From contig JANVYR010000001.1 in the NCBI GenBank assembly GCA_030059665.1, positions 672,001-736,000 on the forward strand: a DNA stretch of 64,000 nt. Direction: 5' to 3'. A model generated the notes under the pieces. It worked only from the letters and a program-made list of their open reading frames with translations. It was not told the DNA's origin and did not search any database. Every line of letters starts with the position of its first letter. Positions within the stretch are counted from its first letter, which is position 1. Positions 1 to 7,989 of the stretch are shown piece after piece. The position numbers and the translations under genes were made by a program. The DNA is from Candidatus Calditenuis fumarioli. GTDB taxonomy: Archaea > Thermoproteota > Nitrososphaeria_A > Caldarchaeales > Calditenuaceae.

Positions 1-360
1 GAGCCTCCTGTCCTGAACGCGGATCAGCTCCGGCTCCGTCAGAACGCTCACCTCCAGCACGATCCCGTCCATCTCCTCCTCCCTCACCGGCTCGAACCTC
101 GGGTCCTCGAACGCCGCGGCGAGGGCGGCTTTGACGGTCAGGACCTCGAGCTCGTCGATCGCCCTCGGGAACCCTATGCATCCCCTCAGCTCCATCGACG
201 GGTGCTGGTACAACGTCACGAAGACCCCTCTCCTCAGGCCCGATCTCCTGAGACCGTTCAGCAGCTCCTCAGGGTCGCCGCCCCTCAGCGCGGTCTCGAT
301 GCTCCGCCTCGCGAGCCTGACCAACTCCTCGCCCAGCGGGTCGTCTATCCGTGTGACCAT
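1..360 (-). CDS. AMMECR1-domain protein (TIGR00296 family), 3' end cut by window edge
   Basis: Not in ORF track. Manual translation from ATG at 360: MVTRIDDPLGEELVRLARRS...RGVFVTLYQHPSMELRGCIG...AAFEDPRFEPV...LEVSVLTEPE, the AMMECR1 signature motifs. Confidence 0.9.
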   Translation of the reverse strand, partial: MVTRIDDPLGEELVRLARRSIETALRGGDPEELLNGLRRSGLRRGVFVTLYQHPSMELRGCIGFPRAIDELEVLTVKAALAAAFEDPRFEPVREEEMDGIVLEVSVLTEPELIRVQDRRL

Positions 361-393
361 CCGACCGTTGCTCGTCGATCCGAGATTATGAGC

Positions 394-1023
394 TTAGCCG
401 GGCCTTTCGCTGGCGAGCGCGTCCAGCAGCGGCCCTATCGACCGAACGACCGCCTCGACCGATGAATCCAGGTCTCCCCTGAGCTCGATGTAGGCGTAGA
501 CGTGGGGCAGCTCCGGCCTGACCGCGAGCAGAAGCACCGACGTCCCGGAGAGGGATCTGAGGAGGTCCTCGTCGATGGATGGTGGTGGGCCGTCGTACGC
601 GACCACGAAATCGCCGAGGTCGGAGCTGTGCTCTCCCCAAGCCCTCGCGCTCCTGACGGCTGGAGTCCCCTTCCTCAGCAGCGCGACGCTCCTGACCGGT
701 GGCCTGGCGACCGCTCCCCTGAGCATCACGAGGTCCCTCCTGCCCGCGAGGCGGGCTGCGACGAAGCCGAACGCGTTGGACCTGGGCACGATACCGACGA
801 GGACTGAGAACTCGACCAGCTCGCCGAGCCTCTTCCCTGAGACCAGCGCCATGGAGGAAGACCTCCGGACGACCCTCACCTCGGCACCCATCCGCGTAAG
901 CGACCTCCTCAGCACCTCGATGACCGACTCGACCCTCTTCCGACCGATGAAGTTTCCGGCCACGATCGAGGCGGTTACTGCCACTATCAGCACCAGGAGG
1001 ATTGTGGACTCGTCGAGCTGCAT
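394..1023 (-). CDS. Single-pass membrane-anchored protein, possibly CCDC47/DUF1682-like
   Basis: 209-aa ORF with an N-terminal hydrophobic helix followed by an alpha/beta domain. Co-oriented with the cstA-ArsA operon. Confidence 0.75.
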   Translation of the reverse strand: MQLDESTILLVLIVAVTASIVAGNFIGRKRVESVIEVLRRSLTRMGAEVRVVRRSSSMALVSGKRLGELVEFSVLVGIVPRSNAFGFVAARLAGRRDLVMLRGAVARPPVRSVALLRKGTPAVRSARAWGEHSSDLGDFVVAYDGPPPSIDEDLLRSLSGTSVLLLAVRPELPHVYAYIELRGDLDSSVEAVVRSIGPLLDALASERPG

Positions 1024-1062
1024 CGCTCAGCGTTATCGGTTCCGGGTAAAAGGGAGTGCGGA

Positions 1063-1536
1063 TCAGTGGCACTCGGATTCCTGAAGCGCCTCCAGCACCT
1101 CCTCGGGAAGCTCCGAGGGCGAGGTGACCTGTATCGTGATCCTCCGGTCGGTGACGTCGCAGTACGTTTTGATCTCGTGCTCCGTGACCCGCTCCTTCCT
1201 GAACAGACCCCTCGTGTACGACCTCACGGTGACCAGCGCGATGTGGCCTCCGAGCCTCACGACCCTCTCCCCACCCGACGCGTGGCGGTCTGTCCTACCC
1301 TTCCCCTTCCTGATCTCGACGACGAGGTCGTAGCTCTCCCCTGAGACCTGATTGGCCAGCAGGTAGTGCGCGAACCCCTCGAGGATCCAGCGTCTGCCCG
1401 CCACCTCGCCCATGTAGTAGATGTCCGGCGGGTTCCTGCTCCTCTGCACCGTCCACCCCTCCGGAAGGGTCAGGGTGACCAGCGTGTAGGTCCCCATCAG
1501 GACGTTTCCGGTGAAGAGCTCGAACTTGCGCCTCAA
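1063..1536 (-). CDS. Hypothetical protein (157 aa), possible PsbP/Mog1-like fold
   Basis: C-terminal part of track ORF 1063..2247. Real start is probably the TTG at 1536 just after the ArsA stop (MRRKFELFTG...LTLPEGW...YCDVTDRR...ECH). Confidence 0.7.
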   Translation of the reverse strand: MRRKFELFTGNVLMGTYTLVTLTLPEGWTVQRSRNPPDIYYMGEVAGRRWILEGFAHYLLANQVSGESYDLVVEIRKGKGRTDRHASGGERVVRLGGHIALVTVRSYTRGLFRKERVTEHEIKTYCDVTDRRITIQVTSPSELPEEVLEALQESECH

Positions 1537-1547
1537 GGCCCACGCTC

Positions 1548-2555
1548 CTACGCGGGGATCGGCGGGGTGTAGCTGCGGAGGTCCCTGATCACGTCCTTGA
1601 GGGCCTCGATCCCCCTCACCTCTGACGGGAAGGACCTGACGTACCCTATCACGAGCCTCCCCAACCTCTCCTCGATCATCCTGAGGTAGCCGCGCTGCTC
1701 CTCGACCTTCGCCGCGAGGTACCCGCTCGGATCCGTGGAGGCGTCGGAGACGTCGATCACGTTGTTCACGAAGACGCCGCCGACGGGAATGTTGAAGGAC
1801 TCGACCATCCGGATGAACCTGACCACGACGGATATCGGCAACGACTCGGGCGTCGTGACGAAGTAGAAGCCGGTCAGCTGGGGGTTCGTGATGACCTCCC
1901 TGGTTTTGGTGAACTTCTCGTTCAGCGATATCAGGTCCGCTATCACCGGGTCCCTCTTGATCTCCTCCATCACCTTCTCCTTCCTGAAGGAGAGCCTGAG
2001 CCTGTACTCCATCGCCTCCCTCCTCGACTGGATCATCCTCGCGAGCCAGAGGCCGTAGAGCTTGCTGAGGCCGATCAGCCTGACCGCGTTGGCGACGGCC
2101 GCGGTGTCGAAGACCACCAGGTCGTACTTCCCTCCCATCTCCAGCACTATGTCCATGACCCTGTCGAACATCGCGGACTCGTGGAACGCGGGGTTTGTCG
2201 TCGCCACCTCGATGAAGGGCTCCGGGTTTATCGGAACCTCGGCCCACTTGAAGAACTCCCTCAGCCGTGCGGTCATCCTGCTCTTGTACTGGCTCACGAG
2301 GTCCTCAATCTCCACCTCGACCGCGTCCAGGTTCGGAGCGCCCTTGACTGGCATTATCGTCCCGCCGGAGAAGTCCTGTCCGAAGAGGCTCGAGAGCGAG
2401 TGGACGGGGTTCAGGCTCGCGAGGAGGACCTTCCTGCCGTGCTGGGATGCGTCCAGCGCAAGCGCAGCGGCTATGACGGTCTTGCCGACCCCACCCTTGC
2501 CGCCGACGAAGACGAACTTCCGGTCGCCGACGATGGGAACTCCCTGGCTCACCAT
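1548..2555 (-). CDS. ArsA/Get3(TRC40)-family ATPase, paralog 2 (degenerate switch I/II)
   Basis: P-loop GKGGVGKT; SLNPVHSL replaces STDPAHSL; DTAAVANAVRL replaces DTAPTGHTLRL. Start overlaps the paralog 1 stop. Confidence 0.9.
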   Translation of the reverse strand: MVSQGVPIVGDRKFVFVGGKGGVGKTVIAAALALDASQHGRKVLLASLNPVHSLSSLFGQDFSGGTIMPVKGAPNLDAVEVEIEDLVSQYKSRMTARLREFFKWAEVPINPEPFIEVATTNPAFHESAMFDRVMDIVLEMGGKYDLVVFDTAAVANAVRLIGLSKLYGLWLARMIQSRREAMEYRLRLSFRKEKVMEEIKRDPVIADLISLNEKFTKTREVITNPQLTGFYFVTTPESLPISVVVRFIRMVESFNIPVGGVFVNNVIDVSDASTDPSGYLAAKVEEQRGYLRMIEERLGRLVIGYVRSFPSEVRGIEALKDVIRDLRSYTPPIPA

Positions 2556-3544
2556 ATCCTGGTCACCCCGTCCACCAGGTGCCTTGCCACCTCCCTGATG
2601 CCGTCGAGGCCCTTGGGTTCCCTGGGGAACATGGGTATCGCGGCCACCACGAGGTCGCCGAACTTGTCCAGGATCATCTTCAGGACCTCTTCCTGCTGCC
2701 GGTACCTGTTCCTGATGTACGGCGACGGGTTGTCGGCCATCTCCCTCGGAAGCACCTTGTTCAGCACCACGCCCGCGGGTTTGATCCCAATAGCTTTGAA
2801 GGCCTCGAGCGCCTTCTCGGTGTCGTAGACCGACATGGCCTCCGGCGTCATCACCATGAAGAAGGCGGATTTGCTCCTGTCCCTCATCACGTCGGTGAAC
2901 GTCGTGAGCTTTCGGCGTATGTCGTAGAGCTCGTTGAGGATCTCGTCCTCCTTGACGAGCCGCTCGCTCCTGAGCTTCCTCGCTATCTCGTCGTACTCCC
3001 TCGCCTTCTCCCTGACCTCCGTCAGCTTCTCGACCCAGCTGGTCAGGACGTCGGCCATCGTGAGCATCCTGATCCCGTGACCGAAGGGCGGCATGTCGAA
3101 GACGTAGAGGTCGTACTCACCCCTCGCGACGTACTCAGCCATCGCGTCGTAGGTCGCGGACTCGTACATGGCCGGTTCGGCGACCGAGCTGTCGATGTAC
3201 GCCTCTATCTCCGGCGGTATCTGGTCCATCTTGTACATCTCCCTGATCCTCTGCTTCACCTCCTGGATGTACGCGTTGATCTTCGCGTCGGCGTCTATCT
3301 CGACGACGTAGAGGTTCGGCATGACCTCGACCTCGCCCTTCCCGAAGATGTCCCGCTCGAAGATGTCGCTGAGGCTCGCCTGTGGGTCGGTGCTGAAGCA
3401 GAGGACCTTCTTCCCCTCCCTCGCGGCGGCGTAGGCGAGGGCCGCGCTGCTCGTGGTCTTGCCCAGCCCTCCCTTCCCAGCGAATATCACCATCTTCACT
3501 CCGTCCCTGAGGACGATGTCCCTAAGGCCCCAGGCCACTCCCAT
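2549..3544 (-). CDS. ArsA/Get3(TRC40)-family ATPase, paralog 1
   Basis: GKGGLGKTT, STDPQASL, DMPPFGHGIRML, TPE and VLNKV motifs. ATG overlaps the upstream TGA. Confidence 0.92.
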   Translation of the reverse strand: MGVAWGLRDIVLRDGVKMVIFAGKGGLGKTTSSAALAYAAAREGKKVLCFSTDPQASLSDIFERDIFGKGEVEVMPNLYVVEIDADAKINAYIQEVKQRIREMYKMDQIPPEIEAYIDSSVAEPAMYESATYDAMAEYVARGEYDLYVFDMPPFGHGIRMLTMADVLTSWVEKLTEVREKAREYDEIARKLRSERLVKEDEILNELYDIRRKLTTFTDVMRDRSKSAFFMVMTPEAMSVYDTEKALEAFKAIGIKPAGVVLNKVLPREMADNPSPYIRNRYRQQEEVLKMILDKFGDLVVAAIPMFPREPKGLDGIREVARHLVDGVTRIW

Positions 3545-3822
3545 CACCCGTAGATGACGTCGGTGAAGTCCCGCTCCCGGTAGAACCTGTGCTTCCAGGA
3601 CTGGACGTTGGGGACAGCGTAGGGCAGAAGCCTCAGCGAGTAGTAGGGCGGGAGTATCGGGAAGCCGAGCATGTCCCCGAGGATCATCAGTATGAACATG
3701 TGCTCGATGTACATCCTCGTCTTGAGGACCGCAGAGACCTGACCGTGCAGCGCAGCGCCGTAGGTGACCTCGCCCAAAACCCTCTTCAGCTTTGAGAGCA
3801 GCCCCCCTTTCTCCTTCTCCAC
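3544..3822 (-). CDS. Small CstA-associated membrane protein (cory-CC-star-like)
   Basis: 92 aa with EHMFILMILGDMLGFPILPPYYSLRLLP, located between cstA and the ArsA genes, the context typical of CstA-associated small proteins. Confidence 0.75.
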   Translation of the reverse strand: MEKEKGGLLSKLKRVLGEVTYGAALHGQVSAVLKTRMYIEHMFILMILGDMLGFPILPPYYSLRLLPYAVPNVQSWKHRFYRERDFTDVIYG

Positions 3823-3884
3823 GGTGACTGTACGTTTGCAGGCCCTAAAAAATCTGATGGGTGCGAGCTCTTAGCGGACCTCGT

Positions 3885-5639
3885 TCAAGCCTGGCCGGCC
3901 TGGGGCTGCCTCGAGTACCTGACGAAGGCCCTGAGGAAGTAGATCGTCATCATCGCTCCGATGACGAACATTATTGCGCCCATCACCGTAGAGAAGGCGT
4001 TGACGCCTGCTAAGGCCGCTGGACCGCCGAGTTGGAGCAGGGGTGCCTGCTGGGCGAAGTAAGGTGCCGGTCTGCCGTCTCTGATGACGACCGGGGTGGC
4101 TGTCGCCGTCGCGAAGACCAGCGTCTGCCACGCTATCGCCGCGAGCGTTGTTATCATCATGAAGATCCCGGGTATCGTGCTGTACCAGTGGAACTTCCTC
4201 TGGGTGAAGAGGTAGAGGCCGACGATCAGCAGCGCGAAGCCCGCCAGGAGCTGGTTAGTTCCTCCGAAGTAGAGCCAGATGTTGATCCAGCTCCCGGTCA
4301 GGACGAAGGCTACCGGCAGAACGAATCCGAGGACCGTCGCCACGTATCTGTTCCCAAGGAAGCTGAGAGATGTGCCGGAGAAGATCTCGGCCATCGTCAC
4401 CCTCCAGAACCTTCCGAGGATCGTCAGGATCGTAACAGCCATCCCGACCATGTAGCTCGCGAAGAAGATCGTCAGGAACGGCACCGCGGCATCTCCTCCG
4501 AAAACAGGTTTCGTCAGCGTGGTAGCGCCCTTCGGGAAGTTGGCTGGGGCTACAGCAGTTCCCGGAGCGAGGACAATCCAAGCGGCGAGCGACGTCAGGC
4601 CAACCAGGTTCTCGCTAAGCATAGCTCCTGCCCCCACCGGTCTAACGTCGGTCTCGACGTCGATCTGCTTGCTAGTCAGCCCAGTACTGACGAGGCTGTG
4701 CCACCCAGAGACGGCACCACACGCTATGCTCACGAACAGTGCGGGCCAGAGCGGACCTGTGGTGAAGATGCGATCGCTGTAAAACTGGGTGAAGACCGGC
4801 ACCTGCACCTTTACGCCCGTGAAGACCGACGCGAGGGCTCCGACCGCCAGCATTATCACGGCCGGGAAGAGCGTGTAGTATGCGATGTAGTTCATCGGTG
4901 TGACAAGCGTCGGCATGGGCAGCAAGGCCCCAGCGACCAACAGGGCGATCAACGGCACGTACCAGAGCGTGTAGGGAGCCGGGCCCAGAGTACCGGGTGG
5001 AGGCCAGTTGAAGACAGCGCCGATCACCACACCGATGGCCAGAAGCACTATGGCGATCAGCGTGACCTGTACGACTGGCATCTTCCTCTTGAAGAGCAGG
5101 TGTCCGGTTATGACGGCCGCTATGGTGAGGTCCAGCAGCGACCAGAAAGAGCCGGCCCATGCGTCGATCACCGTCGCGACGACGAAGAGGAAGGCAGCGT
5201 TGATCAGCAGCAGGTAGAAGAGCAGGAATCCTAACAGGAGCCTCCTGGGCGTCGGGCCGAGGAGCTCGTACGCCAGCGGACCGAAGGACCTGCCCTCCTT
5301 CCTCACCGAGAGGAACATCGCGGAGTAGTCTTGGACCCACCCGATCAGCAGAGCTGCGAAGATGATCCAGAGGAACGCCGGGAGCCACCCGAAGGTCAGG
5401 GCGATTCCTGGCCCGAGTATCGGCCCCAGCGCGGCGATGCTGTTCCACTGGAACCCGTACAGCACGAACCTGGAGACCGGGAAGAACTCGACCCCGTCCA
5501 TGTACATGTGCGCAGGCGTCGGCCTCTTCGGATCCGGTGCCCACACCTTCCGGTCTATCCACTTGCTGTAGGTCCAATACGTCAGCAAGAACACGACGAT
5601 GCCGATGGCAGTTATGCCAAACGGCGTATCGAAGACCAT
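3885..5639 (-). CDS. cstA: Carbon starvation protein A (CstA)-family transporter
   Basis: 584-aa multipass protein with PTPAHMYMDGVEF, SIAALGPILGP, LFVSIACGAVSGWHSLVS and IWLYFGGTNQLLA motifs. Confidence 0.93.
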   Translation of the reverse strand: MVFDTPFGITAIGIVVFLLTYWTYSKWIDRKVWAPDPKRPTPAHMYMDGVEFFPVSRFVLYGFQWNSIAALGPILGPGIALTFGWLPAFLWIIFAALLIGWVQDYSAMFLSVRKEGRSFGPLAYELLGPTPRRLLLGFLLFYLLLINAAFLFVVATVIDAWAGSFWSLLDLTIAAVITGHLLFKRKMPVVQVTLIAIVLLAIGVVIGAVFNWPPPGTLGPAPYTLWYVPLIALLVAGALLPMPTLVTPMNYIAYYTLFPAVIMLAVGALASVFTGVKVQVPVFTQFYSDRIFTTGPLWPALFVSIACGAVSGWHSLVSTGLTSKQIDVETDVRPVGAGAMLSENLVGLTSLAAWIVLAPGTAVAPANFPKGATTLTKPVFGGDAAVPFLTIFFASYMVGMAVTILTILGRFWRVTMAEIFSGTSLSFLGNRYVATVLGFVLPVAFVLTGSWINIWLYFGGTNQLLAGFALLIVGLYLFTQRKFHWYSTIPGIFMMITTLAAIAWQTLVFATATATPVVIRDGRPAPYFAQQAPLLQLGGPAALAGVNAFSTVMGAIMFVIGAMMTIYFLRAFVRYSRQPQAGQA

Positions 5640-5663
5640 CGCGTTTCGACGGTGCAGGAAGTC

Positions 5664-5674
5664 TTATTTAATAA
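5664..5674 (-). promoter_or_regulatory. TATA box of the cstA operon
   Basis: TTATTAAATAA on the minus strand about 25 nt upstream of the ATG at 5639. Confidence 0.6.
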
Positions 5675-6400
5675 CTTACGGAGGATTGGTTTAACACGCA
5701 GAAACATGAGGAGATCGTCCGTTTTTCGGATTAGAATTCGTGGATATTCCATGTTCTGTGAAATTCGTGGCCGGAAACGGCACCCATGTTGACTGAATCG
5801 TCATCTTTCGTTCCGTATCATTACCGAACCACGGGAAAAATCCGCGGCGTAGAACGGCCCTTCTCGGGGTCGGCTCGGCTCTTCCCTCTTCACAGCTCAG
5901 TCTGGAGCGACTGGCCTCATCCCCCATTTGGTGTCCTCCGCAACTGGTTTTGAGGTTTGCCCAGCCGTCGGGTCGAACGCAGGCTCATTGTCATATAAAG
6001 GAGTTCGTAGAAATTCTACGTGGGATCTTAATGCCTGATGCGCTCTCATACTTACTGACGCTCCTTTGAGGGCGGTTGACGGAAGAGATAAGCCATCATC
6101 TGCGCCTTCCACGTCCTGAAGTCCCTCTTCCTTCCTCACCCGGTAAACACTTCTAAGATTGGTCAGAGACCCGACCATTTCCTGCTCTTTGGGTGCGGCG
6201 GGCGCCTCATCGGCCTCTCCGATCGGCTCCATATGACCCTGTAACCGTAGAAACCCCTCATCCGGTCTGCTGAGCCTCCATCAACTTTTCAAGGACGGGT
6301 ATTGCCTGAGCCTCCCCTTCCTGAACCAAAACCTCCTTCATGAGCTTGGACACTAACTCACATTCCTTATGAACCCGCATTGCGATGTGAGATGATAGGA

Positions 6401-7404
6401 ATGATCGGAGAAGCAAACCAAGAACGTCTCGATTCTAAGCTGAGAGAGAAGGCCCTCGAGCTGTATAGAAGGCTTGAGGGCCTTCCGTTGCCGAAGTTCC
6501 AAGGAGCGACGGTGGACTTCCACCAGAAGAGGCCAGCGATGGTTTTCATAGCGGAGAAGGAGCTGATAGCTCAAGTCGAGAACGGAGAACTCCTGAGGTT
6601 CCTCGTCGCGCAGGGCGTCCGCCGCGTGCTGGTGGATGCCCTATGGCCGAGCAACGTAGCCATCCTCAAGCAGCTAATCGAAAGCGGGATCGAGGTCTGG
6701 GTCCTAACCAGACCGTCGGCCCTTCACGGCTGGCGGAAAAACACGAGGGTAAGCCAAAGGGCCTCGTGGAGTGGTTAGAAAGACATCATCCGAAGGTTCT
6801 GGAGGGCTTCAAGCAAAGGATAAAGAAGGATGAATTCGATGCGGTTCTGTTGAGATATGTGAAGCCGAAATTTATGAGGCCTCTCTCGAAAGAGCATCTG
6901 ACGTGCTGGGTAAAGATGCTGTTATATCGGTATGCCAGAAGGAATCGTCAGGGACTGCTCCATCAGCTCGATGCTCTACCGGTGTCAGAAGATGAAAGGA
7001 CGTGGAGGATCGAGATGTCAGAAGATTATTTGATGATAGAGGCACAGAGCTTCATTGAAACCGTAAAGCGTTGCTATCCGGGGATAGATGAACTGTTCGA
7101 GGAACTCGGTATCTCAGACGACGTTATCGCTCAGGCATATGCGTGCGAAGTGTTCTTAGAGGTGGACGAGAGACGATCACCCTACCGGGAGAGAAATCAC
7201 TTCGGATTGAAGTGGGACGATGACGCCGAGCTTCTGAGGGACGGAGCAGCACTGTATGCATTGAATCAGTTGACGGCTAAGATAGAAGGAGTGAACCCGA
7301 AATTCGCGAAGAAAGGCTTCCGGAAGAAGGAGTGGATAGTCCTAACGAAAATCCATGATTTCAAAAGGCGATTGCTGATAGGGCCAGGCCGGACGCGGGC
7401 CTGA
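6401..7404 (+). mobile_element. Divergent IS110-family-like recombinase/transposase gene, split by a -1 frameshift near 6736-6742
   Basis: Joined ORFs 6380..6778 and 6643..7404 give about 334 aa. RuvC-like acidic motifs VDFHQK, VLVDAL, KKDEFDA (cf. KTDxxDA); C-terminal LRDGAALYALNQ and KKGFRKKEWIVLTK resemble the IS110 C-terminal domain. Region is AT-richer than the host. Confidence 0.65.
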
Positions 7405-7549
7405 GGCCGGGCGCCTCGGCGGGGGAGACCCGGGCACGGGTACTCGCGCAGGCTCTAACCGCCCCCGCCGTGAGGCGGTGAGGCGTAACCTCCTCGAATG
7501 TAACACCGGCCCGGGCCCCAAACGACCGAGGTCGAGGACGCCCTGGGCG
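7386..7549 (+). ncRNA. Candidate structured ncRNA at the 3' end of the IS110-like gene (bridge/seek-RNA-like)
   Basis: Stems 7386-7390/7398-7402, 7412-7425/7462-7477 (2-nt bulge) enclosing 7428-7432/7437-7441, and 7491-7497/7532-7538; followed by a T-tract. Confidence 0.4.
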
Positions 7550-7577
7550 ACGAATCAAACGATCCAAACCCCTCCCC

Positions 7578-7592
7578 TTTCCTTTTTTCTTT
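7578..7592 (+). terminator. Pyrimidine/oligo-T tract, putative archaeal terminator
   Basis: TTTCCTTTTTTCTTT directly after the structured segment. Confidence 0.45.
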
Positions 7593-7699
7593 GTCGCATT
7601 AACCTCAGCACGTCCTTTTCACCTTGTTATGGCTTAATTCACAGGCTTCTCCCGGCTCCTGAGCCCATCCTCTGGCTTTGCGTTGGCGCTTCTCGTGTT

Positions 7700-7855
7700 T
7701 TGAAGGCGGCTCTTTATGAAGAGAAGATAGATACAGCGATATCCGTATTCAAGTCGATGTTCGGAGAAGAAGTGCTATCCAGTAAGCCGAAATGGATGAA
7801 GGTAGAGATGGTCCAGAAGGCATTCATATACAACCTGTTGCTGAACGCGGTGTGA
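7700..7855 (+). pseudogene. IS5-type DDE transposase C-terminal remnant
   Basis: LYEEKIDTAISVFKSMFGEEVLSSKPKWMKVEMVQKAFIYNLLL resembles the YxxRxxxETxFSxxKRxFG...KxxxYN C-terminus of IS5-type transposases. No N-terminal part is recognisable. Confidence 0.6.
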
Positions 7856-7989
7856 ACCCGAGACGAAGGAGCTCCAGCGGGAGAAGAGGGCATAGAGCCT
7901 AGGGAATTAGGCCACAAGGCATTGAGCTAAACAACTTTCACTCATCTCACCCTCATAGGGATTTATATATTCTCCTAAGCGCCAAAACT

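Noticed and set aside
1537-2247. N-terminal 237 aa of track ORF 1063..2247
   Set aside because: Alternative frame overlapping ArsA paralog 2 on the same strand. Only the part from the TTG at 1536 looks like a real protein.
1548-3544. ArsA pair as an arsenite-resistance pump
   Set aside because: No metalloid-binding Cys set and no ars genes nearby; the context is CstA.
5691-6232. ORFs 5691..5927 and 5897..6232 in the left flank of the IS110-like gene
   Set aside because: No recognisable motifs and atypical composition. They may be decayed mobile DNA but cannot be supported as genes.
6719-6810. Possible BHB intron explaining the IS110-like frameshift
   Set aside because: Several alternative pairings exist (GGCCCTT/AAGGGCC, CCTTC/GAAGG), but none gives a 4-bp helix flanked by two 3-nt bulges that restores the frame.
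7381-7560. SRP RNA or RNase P RNA identity for the GC-rich structured segment
   Set aside because: The SRP helix-8 motif and RNase P P4 consensus sequences are absent on both strands.
7450-7570. TIGR- or CRISPR-like array (recurring CAAACGA, GTGAGGCG, TAAC)
   Set aside because: Only two or three short recurrences without constant repeat-spacer periodicity. No CRISPR array or cas gene anywhere in the window.
6338-7670. IS1111-type sub-terminal inverted repeats (ATGAGCTT vs GAGCCCAT)
   Set aside because: Only 6 of 8 positions match, which is not distinguishable from chance. Element ends are left undefined.
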